NCBI GenBank assembly: GCA_023249645.1
Contig: JAHFCF010000002.1
Span: forward strand, 64,806 to 128,805
Length of the DNA stretch: 64,000 nt
Direction: 5' to 3'
DNA from: Elusimicrobiota bacterium
GTDB taxonomy: Bacteria; Elusimicrobiota; Elusimicrobia; UBA1565; UBA9628
In this document: one piece after another, positions 18,560 through 26,544 of the stretch
Layout of the letters: each line of letters starts with the position of its first letter
Numbering within the stretch: position 1 is the first letter of the stretch
Program-made: the position numbers and the translations under genes
Notes under the pieces: model-generated
What the model was told of the DNA's origin: nothing
What the model saw: only the letters and a program-made list of their open reading frames with translations
Database searches by the model: none

Positions 18560-19699
18560 GTGGTCATCAAGGTCGCTCACATCATCACGCGCCTGGACCT
18601 GGGCGGAGCCCAGCAGAACACTCTCTACACGGTGAGCCACCTCGATGCCTCAAGATTCAAGGCCCTGCTGATCTGCGGTCCGGGGGGCATCCTGGACGGC
18701 GAAGCCCCTGCTCCGATCTTCGTGCCAGATTTGGTCCGAGAGATCCGGCCGTGGAAGGATCTGCGGGCCTTTTTCGATCTCTATAAAATCCTGCAACGAG
18801 AAAGGCCGCAGGTGGTCCACACGCATTCTTCCAAGGCAGGCATACTCGGCCGCCTAGCCGCTCGATGCGCCGGCGTTCCCGTCATCATCCACACCTTCCA
18901 TGGCTTCGGGTTCCATGGACGACAGCGCTGGTGGATCCGATGGCCATATGTGTTCGCGGAAAAACTCTGCGCCAAGTTCTCCTCAGCCCTGATCTTCGTC
19001 TCGCGCGCTAATCAGGAAGAGGCTGCACGCCTGGGCCTGGGCGAGACTCGCCGCCATGCGCTCATCCGCTCAGGGATCAAGCTCGCTGATTTCCAGGCCC
19101 GAACGGATGCGTCCCTCAAGAAGAAAGAACTTGGGCTGGCACCAGAAACACCCCTCATTTTGAGCGTCGGGAATCTAAAACCTCAGAAAAATCCTCAGGA
19201 CTTCCTGTCCGCCGCCCGGATCGTGTCTCAGCAGCGCCCGGACGCGGCCTTCGTTTTCGTCGGCGAGGGCCCTTTGCGCCCAAAAATCGAATCCGCGGCT
19301 TCCGGCCTGCCCTGCCGCTTCCTTCTGCCAGGCTGGCGACGCGACGTGCCCGAGCTTCTGGCCGCTTGCGACATCTTCGTCTTGACCTCGCTCTGGGAGG
19401 GCCTGCCACGAGCCCTGGTCGAAGCCATGAAGTCCGGCAAGCCCTGCGTCTGTTACGCCACGGACGGCGTGCGCGACATTGTGTGCGATGGCGAGAACGG
19501 ATTCCTCGTGCCTGCGGGCGATGCTCCGGCCCTGGCCCGAAAGATCCTGGATCTATTGTCTGATGCGGACAGGCGCCGCGAAATGGGAAAAGCCGCGGCC
19601 GCCTCCATCAGCCAGGAATTCGACATCGATCTCATGGTGCAACGACAAGAAGAAGTGTATCAACATTTGATAAAATACGGAAAATACGAGAAAGCCTGA
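18560..19699 (+). CDS. Glycosyltransferase family 4
   Basis: HIITRLDLGGAQ, HTHSSKAG, SLWEGLPRALVEAM. Confidence 0.93.
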   Translation: MVIKVAHIITRLDLGGAQQNTLYTVSHLDASRFKALLICGPGGILDGEAPAPIFVPDLVREIRPWKDLRAFFDLYKILQRERPQVVHTHSSKAGILGRLAARCAGVPVIIHTFHGFGFHGRQRWWIRWPYVFAEKLCAKFSSALIFVSRANQEEAARLGLGETRRHALIRSGIKLADFQARTDASLKKKELGLAPETPLILSVGNLKPQKNPQDFLSAARIVSQQRPDAAFVFVGEGPLRPKIESAASGLPCRFLLPGWRRDVPELLAACDIFVLTSLWEGLPRALVEAMKSGKPCVCYATDGVRDIVCDGENGFLVPAGDAPALARKILDLLSDADRRREMGKAAAASISQEFDIDLMVQRQEEVYQHLIKYGKYEKA

Positions 19700-19703
19700 C
19701 CCC
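19673..19703 (+). repeat. Dispersed 31-nt repeat, copy 1 (AAATACGGAAAATACGAGAAAGCCTGACCCC)
   Basis: Near-identical to 44721-44750 (reverse) and 48218-48248; supplies the last codons and stop of the GT4 gene. Confidence 0.85.
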
Positions 19704-19715
19704 AACGGAGGAATC

Positions 19716-20342
19716 ATGTCCTTCAGCCTCATGCCCAAGGAAGAGAAGTTCTTCGAATTCTTCGAAGCCCAGGCCGACTACAACTGCCGGACGGTCAAGC
19801 TCTTCAAGGAGCTCGTCAACTCTTGGAGCCTGGAGTCCCCGATCTTCGACAAGCTGCGCGAGATCGAGCACGAGGCGGACATCACGACGCATGAGATCTT
19901 CGACAAGCTCAACCGCACCTTCATCACGCCCTTCGACCGCGAGGACATCCATCGCCTCGCCAGCGAGATGGACGACGTCACGGACATCATCCAATCCCTC
20001 TCCAACCGCATGCGCCTCTACAAGATCCGGCATTCCTCGCCGAATCTGGCGCAGATGGTGGACATCCTCGAGCAGGCCGTCGACACCATCAGCAAGGCGC
20101 TGCGGGACCTTCCTCTCAAGGACAAGACCCGCCGGGTCCTCGACTACTGCATCGAGATCAACCGCCTGGAGAACACCGGCGACCACTCCCGCGACGTGGC
20201 CTTAAGCCAGCTCTTCGAGGGGACACCCGACCCCATCGAAGTGCTCAAGTGGAAGGAGGTCTATGAGGTCATCGAGACCGGCATCGACAAGTGCGAGGAC
20301 ATCGCCAACACGATTGAGACCATCCTGGTCAAGCAGGCCTAG
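19716..20342 (+). CDS. DUF47 / PhoU-like phosphate transport regulator
   Basis: EHEADITTHEIFDKLNRTFITPFDREDI, INRLENTGD, LKWKEVYE..E...DKCEDIAN. Confidence 0.93.
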   Translation: MSFSLMPKEEKFFEFFEAQADYNCRTVKLFKELVNSWSLESPIFDKLREIEHEADITTHEIFDKLNRTFITPFDREDIHRLASEMDDVTDIIQSLSNRMRLYKIRHSSPNLAQMVDILEQAVDTISKALRDLPLKDKTRRVLDYCIEINRLENTGDHSRDVALSQLFEGTPDPIEVLKWKEVYEVIETGIDKCEDIANTIETILVKQA

Positions 20343-20347
20343 CTCCC

Positions 20348-21343
20348 GTGTCCCCCATCGCCGCCGTCTGCGTCCTCGTCGCCCTGGCCCTGCTGTTCGA
20401 TTTCCTCAACGGCATGCACGACGCGGCCAATTCCATCGCCACGGTCGTTTCCACGCGCGTGCTCTCACCTCGCCAGGCCGTGGTCTGGGCCGCCTTCTTC
20501 AATTTCGCCGCCGTGTTCTTCTTCGGGGTCCACGTCGCCGACACCATCGGCAAGGGCATCGTGGACCCCCGGCTCATGGACAACGCGGTCGTGGCCGGGG
20601 CCCTCATCGGCGCCAGCCTCTGGGATTGGGCCACCATCGTCTTCGGCATCCCGGTGAGCTCCTCGCACGCCTTGATCGGCGGACTCATCGGCGCCGGCGT
20701 GGCCAAGTCCGGCTGGTCGTGCCTGATGACGCACAAGCTCCTCGTCATCCTGGCCTTCATCTTCCTTTCCCCGGCGATCGGCCTCTTCTTCGGTTTTCTC
20801 TTCATGGTCGCCGTCTCCTGGCTTTTCCGCCGACGCTCGCCCTCCCAGGTGGACTCCGTCTTCCGGATCGGACAGCTCTTCTCCGCCGGCCTCTACAGCC
20901 TCTCCCACGGAGCCAACGACGCCCAGAAGACCATGGGCGTCATCGCGCTTCTGTTGTTCACCAACGGCCTTCTGGGAGCGAGCTTCTATGTGCCCTGGTG
21001 GGTCATCGTCAGCTGCTACTTCGTCATCAGCCTGGGCACGCTCATGGGCGGCTGGAAGATCGTCAGGACCATGGGCAGCAAAGTGACCAAGCTCAAGCCG
21101 GTGGGGGGATTCTGCGCTGAGTCAGGCGCCGGGCTCTCGATCCTCATCAGCTCGCTCTTCGGCATCCCGGTCTCCACCACGCACACCATCACCGGGGCCA
21201 TCGTGGGCGTGGGTTCCACGCAGCGCCTCTCGGCGGTCCGCTGGGGCGTGGCCGGCCGCATCGTCTGGGCGTGGGTGCTGACCATCCCCTGCGCGGGGGC
21301 GACGTCCGCCTTGGCCTATCTCCTGCTGCGGCACGTCTTTTAA
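20348..21343 (+). CDS. PiT family inorganic phosphate transporter
   Basis: NGMHDAANSIAT, GIPVSSSHA, SHGANDAQKTMG, GIPVSTTH. Confidence 0.95.
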   Translation: MSPIAAVCVLVALALLFDFLNGMHDAANSIATVVSTRVLSPRQAVVWAAFFNFAAVFFFGVHVADTIGKGIVDPRLMDNAVVAGALIGASLWDWATIVFGIPVSSSHALIGGLIGAGVAKSGWSCLMTHKLLVILAFIFLSPAIGLFFGFLFMVAVSWLFRRRSPSQVDSVFRIGQLFSAGLYSLSHGANDAQKTMGVIALLLFTNGLLGASFYVPWWVIVSCYFVISLGTLMGGWKIVRTMGSKVTKLKPVGGFCAESGAGLSILISSLFGIPVSTTHTITGAIVGVGSTQRLSAVRWGVAGRIVWAWVLTIPCAGATSALAYLLLRHVF

Positions 21344-21411
21344 GCCGCCGCAATAAAGGTTCTCTTATTCTTTCGATGGTTTTTTGGTAGAATCTTAAAC
21401 TCTCAATAATT

Positions 21412-22380
21412 ATGGTTGAAGCCGCCCAAGAGCCGTACCTGAGCGTTGTCATCCCGGTCTACAACGAAAGCCAGAGCCTCCCGGCCCTGGGCGGGGAGCT
21501 CGCCTTGGCGCTCGACGCGATCGCCAGGAACTACGAGGTCATCTTCGTCGACGACGGATCCAGGGATGGTTCCTACGCCGCGATCCTCGAGCTGGCGCGC
21601 ACGCGGCCCGGCTTCAAGGCCCTGCGCCTGGGACGCAACGTGGGCCAGACCGCGGCCCTCTCGGCAGGCATCCGACACGCCTCGGGCGAGATCATCGCGC
21701 TCTTGGACGCTGACCGGCAGAACGATCCGCGGGACATCCCCAAGCTCCTCGCCAAGCTCGACGAAGGCTATGACGTGGTCAGCGGCTGGCGCCAGGACCG
21801 ACAAGACCCGGCCTTGAGCCGCGTGCTCCCCTCGAAGCTGGCCAACGCTCTCATCTCCTGGATCACCGGCGTGCCCCTGCACGACTACGGCTGCACCCTG
21901 AAGCTCTACCGCGGCCGCTACCTCAAATCCCTGCGCCTCTACGGCGAGATGCACCGCTTCATCCCCGCCTTCGCGGGCTTCCTGGGCGCGCGCATCGCCG
22001 AGGTCCCGGTGAATCACCGCCCCCGGACCGAGGGAGTCTCCAAATACGGCCTTTCGCGCACCTTCAAGGTGCTCCTGGACCTTCTGACCGTCAAGTTCAT
22101 GGACGCCTACCTGGCCAAGCCCATCTATCTCTTCGGCGGCTCCGGCCTCGTCATGGGCTGCGCCGGAGCCGTCATGGCCGCGGTCACCCTCTATAAGAAG
22201 TTCTGCTACGGGATCTTTGTCAAGGATCAGCCGCTCTTCCAGGTCTCCATCTTCTTCGCCCTGGTGGGCCTGCAGCTCATCCTCATGGGCCTGGTGGCCG
22301 AGATCCTCGTGCGCGTCTACTTCGACATCAAGGACAAGCCCTCGTATTTCATCCGCGAGTCCTTCGGATTCCACGGATGA
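21412..22380 (+). CDS. Polyprenol-phosphate glycosyltransferase, GT2 (ArnC/DPM-like)
   Basis: VVIPVYNE, VDDGSRD, LDADRQNDP, HDYGCTLK, HRFIP, two C-terminal TMs. Confidence 0.92.
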   Translation: MVEAAQEPYLSVVIPVYNESQSLPALGGELALALDAIARNYEVIFVDDGSRDGSYAAILELARTRPGFKALRLGRNVGQTAALSAGIRHASGEIIALLDADRQNDPRDIPKLLAKLDEGYDVVSGWRQDRQDPALSRVLPSKLANALISWITGVPLHDYGCTLKLYRGRYLKSLRLYGEMHRFIPAFAGFLGARIAEVPVNHRPRTEGVSKYGLSRTFKVLLDLLTVKFMDAYLAKPIYLFGGSGLVMGCAGAVMAAVTLYKKFCYGIFVKDQPLFQVSIFFALVGLQLILMGLVAEILVRVYFDIKDKPSYFIRESFGFHG

Positions 22381-22832
22381 CTCAAGCCACCATGACCGCG
22401 CTGCCCATCGACCTGAGCCCCTTGCGCGAGCAGACGCTTTGCGAGATCGAACGCTCCCTCAAGCCGGTCCAGGTCCAGGACCTGGTGGCCGACTCGGCGA
22501 CCCTGACCCAGGCGCTGACCCTGCGCCTGACTCTGGTGCGCCACGACACCGGGATCTCCTTCGAAGGCTCCCTCTCGGGAGAGTGGGAGCTGGCCTGCGC
22601 GCGCTGCCTGGCCCCGGCGCGCCTGAGATTCAACGCCTCCCTCGACGGAGAAGCCCCGATGAGCGCGGAGTCCTTCGACGCTTCGGAGGAAGCCCGCCAA
22701 GCGCTCCTGCTCGCCTTGCCCCTCAATCCCCTGTGCCGGCCCGAGTGCCAAGGCCTGTGCCCCATTTGCGGCGTCAGCCGCAACGATGTAAAATGCGACT
22801 GTACGCCAGCGCCTGACCGCGCGAGGAGATGA
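22377..22832 (+). CDS. DUF177 / YceD family protein
   Basis: CARCL and PLCRPECQGLCPICG; immediately upstream of rpmF. Confidence 0.88.
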   Translation: MTQATMTALPIDLSPLREQTLCEIERSLKPVQVQDLVADSATLTQALTLRLTLVRHDTGISFEGSLSGEWELACARCLAPARLRFNASLDGEAPMSAESFDASEEARQALLLALPLNPLCRPECQGLCPICGVSRNDVKCDCTPAPDRARR

Positions 22833-22833
22833 C

Positions 22834-23064
22834 ATGCCAAACCCAAAAAGAAAACACACGCGATCGCGCCGCGACAGCCGGCGCTCCCAGAACTGGCGCC
22901 TAGACCTCGTGGCAGCCTCGACTTGCCCCCACTGCAAGAGCCTGCGGCCAGGGCACACGATCTGTCCGAGCTGCGGCTGGTACAACGGCCGCCTCGCGCT
23001 CGCGCCCAAGAAGAAGAAAGAGGAATCCGCCGCCGGCGAGGGCGGACAAGCGCAAGGATCGTAA
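22834..23064 (+). CDS. rpmF: 50S ribosomal protein L32
   Basis: MPNPKRKHTRSRRDSRRS, CPHC...HTICPSCGWY. Confidence 0.96.
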   Translation: MPNPKRKHTRSRRDSRRSQNWRLDLVAASTCPHCKSLRPGHTICPSCGWYNGRLALAPKKKKEESAAGEGGQAQGS

Positions 23065-23079
23065 GAGGAGGAGAACCCA

Positions 23080-23322
23080 ATGGCGGAGAATGTCGAAGAA
23101 CGCGTCAAGAAGATCATCGTCGAGCAGCTCGGCGTCGACGGTTCCGAGGTCAAACGGGAAGCCCATTTCGTCAATGACCTGGGAGCGGATTCGCTGGACA
23201 CCGTGGAGCTGGTGATGGCTCTCGAGGAAGAGTTCGACATGGAGATCCCGGACGAGCAGGCCGAGAAGATCCAGACCGTCGGCCAAGCCGTCGACTACAT
23301 CGCCGTCCACGCCAAGAAGTAG
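23080..23322 (+). CDS. acpP: Acyl carrier protein
   Basis: [20 protein letters not shown]. Confidence 0.98.
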   Translation: MAENVEERVKKIIVEQLGVDGSEVKREAHFVNDLGADSLDTVELVMALEEEFDMEIPDEQAEKIQTVGQAVDYIAVHAKK

Positions 23323-23333
23323 GCGGCAGGCTT

Positions 23334-23381
23334 CTTTCGTCCTGAGCGCAGGCGATCCTGCCTGCGCTCAGGGCAGGAAAG
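23334..23381 (+). promoter_or_regulatory. Long stem-loop in the rnc leader
   Basis: CCTGAGCGCAGGC-GATCCT-GCCTGCGCTCAGG, extended by GT/GC and CTTTC/GAAAG; the 3' arm includes the rnc RBS region. Confidence 0.55.
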
Positions 23382-23388
23382 GCATCCC

Positions 23389-24075
23389 GTGTCTGATCCA
23401 CCGCCACTCGAAGACGTCCTCGGCTACCGCTTCCGCAATGCGCGCCTCCTCAACGAAGCGCTTTCGCACAAGTCCCATGCCGCGGAAAGCCGTTCCGGCA
23501 TCGACAACGAACGGCTCGAGTTCCTGGGAGACAGCATCCTGGCCGCGGTCATCGCCCATCACCTCTACGCCCTCTCCCCGAAGGAGTCCGAGGGAGATCT
23601 CTCCAAAAAGAAGGCCCAGATGGTCTCGCGATCCAGCCTGGCGCACTGGGCCTCTGAGCTGGGCCTGGGGTTCTACCTCCTGCTCGGCGTCGGAGAAGAA
23701 AGCTCCGGAGGCCGAGCGCGCTCGAGCCTCTTGGCCAACGCCTTCGAGGCCGTCGTGGGCGCGATCTTCCTCGACGGCGGCTACGACGCGGCCTCGGCCT
23801 TCATCCTGCGATGCCTCTCTCACTCGACGCCCTGCGCGGAAACGGATCACAAAAGCCTCCTGCAGGAAGTCTTTCAAAAGAAGCACAAGGCGCCTCCCTC
23901 CTATGAGACGGCTTCCTCCGAGGGACCGGACCATGACAAGACCTTCCAGGTCGTGGTCCGCTTCGGCAAAAGGATCCTGGGCCAAGGCTCGGGCAAGACG
24001 AAGAAAGAGGCGGAGCAGGCGGCCGCCTGCGACGCGCTCTTAAAACTCAAGGAGCCCCCATGGACTACGGATTGA
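23389..24075 (+). CDS. rnc: Ribonuclease III
   Basis: NERLEFLGDSIL, ANAFEAVVGAIFLDGG, dsRBD with KTKKEAEQAAA. Confidence 0.96.
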   Translation: MSDPPPLEDVLGYRFRNARLLNEALSHKSHAAESRSGIDNERLEFLGDSILAAVIAHHLYALSPKESEGDLSKKKAQMVSRSSLAHWASELGLGFYLLLGVGEESSGGRARSSLLANAFEAVVGAIFLDGGYDAASAFILRCLSHSTPCAETDHKSLLQEVFQKKHKAPPSYETASSEGPDHDKTFQVVVRFGKRILGQGSGKTKKEAEQAAACDALLKLKEPPWTTD

Positions 24076-25298
24076 ACGAACAGCAGAACGAGATCATCGC
24101 TCTCGCCGCCCAGCTCGCCCAGGAGAAGATCAAGCCCGTGCGCGAGCATTGCGACCAAGCCGAGGAATTCCCCTGGTCGGTGGTGGAGGAGATCCGCAAG
24201 GCGGACCTCTTCGGAGTCTATCTCCCCGAGAAATACGGCGGCATGGGCGGCGGGGCCGTCGACCTCTGCCTGGCCGTCGAACAACTCTCCCGCGTCTGCG
24301 GCGGGATCGCCCTGTGCCTGGCGGGCTCTGCTTTGGGCACCATGCCCATCCTTCTCTTCGGAAGCGAGGCCCAGCGCCGCCAATGGCTGCCCGACCTCGC
24401 CTCGGGCAAGAAGCTCGCCGCCTTCGCCCTCACGGAAGCCGAAGCCGGCTCGGACGCCACGGCGATCAAAACCTCGGCCAAGCTCGACGGAGACCATTAC
24501 ATCCTCAACGGCACCAAGTCCTTCATCACCGGAGGAGAAGTCTCCCAGATCTACACGATCTTCGCCACGACGAACCCAGCCCGCGGCGCGCGCGGCATCG
24601 GCGCTTTCGTCGTGGAGAAGGGGACGCCCGGCTTCACCTTCGGCAAGAAGGAGACCAAGATGGGCATCCGAGCCAATCCCACCTACGAGCTCCATTTCAA
24701 GGATTGCCGCATCCCCAAGGCCAACCTCCTCTATAAGGAAGGCTACGGCCTCTTCGTGGCGCAGAATACGCTCGACATGTCGAGGACCGGCGTGGGCGCC
24801 CAGGCCATCGGCATCGCGCAGGGGGCTCTGGACGAGGCCCTGGCCTATGTCCGCGTGCGCAAGCAGTTCGGCCAGCCCGTGGCGAGCCTCCCGGTCATCA
24901 GCCACATGATCGCCGACTGCGCCTCCGCCATCGAATCCTCGCGGGCGCTGATCTACTCCACGGCCAAGGCCATGGCCGCGGCCATGGCGCCGGCCTTCGA
25001 GGCGGCCTTCGACAAAGGCACCGTCGTCTTCGACGAGATGCACGCCTTGAAGATCCGCCGCTATACCAAGGAATCGGCCATGTGCAAGGTCGTGGCCTCG
25101 GACATGGCCATGAAGGTGACCACGGACTGCGTGCAGATGTGCGGCGGGGTGGGCTATATGCGCGATTTCCCCGTCGAAAAATTCATGCGCGACGCCAAGA
25201 TCACGCAGATCTACGAGGGAACCAACCAAATCCAGCGCAACGAGATCGCCGCCATGGTCATCAAGGAAGCGGCGTCGAAGGACCGGGTCAAAGGCTAG
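24060..25298 (+). CDS. Acyl-CoA dehydrogenase (butyryl-CoA dehydrogenase-like)
   Basis: FALTEAEAGSDA, NGTKSFIT, KMGIRA, RKQFGQ, RDAKITQIYEGTNQIQR. Confidence 0.95.
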   Translation: MDYGLNEQQNEIIALAAQLAQEKIKPVREHCDQAEEFPWSVVEEIRKADLFGVYLPEKYGGMGGGAVDLCLAVEQLSRVCGGIALCLAGSALGTMPILLFGSEAQRRQWLPDLASGKKLAAFALTEAEAGSDATAIKTSAKLDGDHYILNGTKSFITGGEVSQIYTIFATTNPARGARGIGAFVVEKGTPGFTFGKKETKMGIRANPTYELHFKDCRIPKANLLYKEGYGLFVAQNTLDMSRTGVGAQAIGIAQGALDEALAYVRVRKQFGQPVASLPVISHMIADCASAIESSRALIYSTAKAMAAAMAPAFEAAFDKGTVVFDEMHALKIRRYTKESAMCKVVASDMAMKVTTDCVQMCGGVGYMRDFPVEKFMRDAKITQIYEGTNQIQRNEIAAMVIKEAASKDRVKG

Positions 25299-25303
25299 CC
25301 TCT

Positions 25304-25471
25304 GGGGTCAGGTCTTGATTTGTGACTGAGATCCGTCAGGCGGCTAGAATGCATATGGCTTTCAAAAACTCCAACCGATTGAATTCCAAGAAGCCATAGG
25401 GACCGATCCAAAGCTCATTACATGAGAGAGCACCCCTGACCCAGCTCAGTCACAAATCAAGACCTGGCCCC
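25304..25471. mobile_element. 168-bp MITE-like element with 27-bp terminal inverted repeats
   Basis: Left GGGGTCAGGTCTTGATTTGTGACTGAG vs reverse complement of right end GGGGCCAGGTCTTGATTTGTGACTGAG (26/27); lower-GC interior; lies between convergent genes. Confidence 0.75.
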
Positions 25472-25494
25472 ATTTCACAGGCTAGTCCGCCCCG

Positions 25495-26544
25495 TCAATA
25501 CCTGAAACCCAGGCTCAGACGGTAGACTTCCCCGAGCGCCGCCATGGGTTCAAAGCCGAAGTCGAGGCTGAACTTCTTGTAGTTCACGCCGACACCGATG
25601 GTCAGTCCGGAGAGGATGCCCAGATCCGTGGCCGCCAGGGTCTTGTAGCCGAGGCGGTAGGCCATGGAGACTTGCGGCGCCACGGGCGATGTGAATTCAA
25701 AACCGATCTTGCCGTAGGGATTGCCGTAAGTGGGGACCGCGGCCTCCAACGCCGACAACAGCCGGCCCTGATCCAGATGCAGGTCGTAGGCGAGCCCCGC
25801 GTCCATCTCCGAAGGGAGATCCTCGAGGTCAGCGCCAAAGTTCTGCTTGGAACCCAGGTTGCGGAAAGCAAAGCTCATCCGCAATTCGTCCCAATCCAGA
25901 GGCCGATAAAGCGCGCCGCCGTCCAAAGCGACAGCCGCCGATGAGCGGTCGTAGATCGTCTCATTGATGACTTTGATGGCCAAGCCTGCCATGAGATGCC
26001 CGCTCCACGGCTCCAGCTCCCGCTCCAGGGGACGGTAGCTCTCGGCCAGCGCCCAGTTGTCCCTGAAATACTCGCGATCCGACTGGCGCGGATCCGGCCT
26101 GCCGAAATCATAGGCATAGGCCAGGGACACGGCCTCGCCGTGGGGGGAAAAAGTCCCGACTGATTGGTTGGTGTTGGTCACGGCCGTCAAGTCGTCCTGG
26201 GAGAACCGGGCCAACGACGCGGCCACGGTGCCATGCAAGAGGCTCACCGGCAAGGCATAGGCCGCGAAATCGTAGCGGAAGAAGCGCAGGAATTCCGAAT
26301 GATCGTAGATGAAGTCTTGAGTCCTCAGGGCGGCCAGCCCCGCGGGATTCCAATAGATGGCCTCTGCCCCCTCGGCCACCGGGCCGAAAGCCTCTCCCAT
26401 GCCCAAGGCCCGCGCTCCCGCGCCCAAGGTCAAGAACTGAGAGGCATTGCCGCCCGCATTTGAGGTGAAGGCAAAAACCCGGCCCGTCGCAGCCAGCCAC
26501 AAGGCTGCGGCGAAAAAAGTCCTCGTCATCATGGACTTCTTCAC
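25495..26544 (-). CDS. PorV/PorQ-family outer-membrane beta-barrel protein
   Basis: Signal peptide, FLTLGAGARALGMGEAF, AIYWNPAGLA, C-terminal YRLSLGFRY; GTGA overlap with upstream stop. Confidence 0.85.
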   Translation of the reverse strand: MKKSMMTRTFFAAALWLAATGRVFAFTSNAGGNASQFLTLGAGARALGMGEAFGPVAEGAEAIYWNPAGLAALRTQDFIYDHSEFLRFFRYDFAAYALPVSLLHGTVAASLARFSQDDLTAVTNTNQSVGTFSPHGEAVSLAYAYDFGRPDPRQSDREYFRDNWALAESYRPLERELEPWSGHLMAGLAIKVINETIYDRSSAAVALDGGALYRPLDWDELRMSFAFRNLGSKQNFGADLEDLPSEMDAGLAYDLHLDQGRLLSALEAAVPTYGNPYGKIGFEFTSPVAPQVSMAYRLGYKTLAATDLGILSGLTIGVGVNYKKFSLDFGFEPMAALGEVYRLSLGFRY

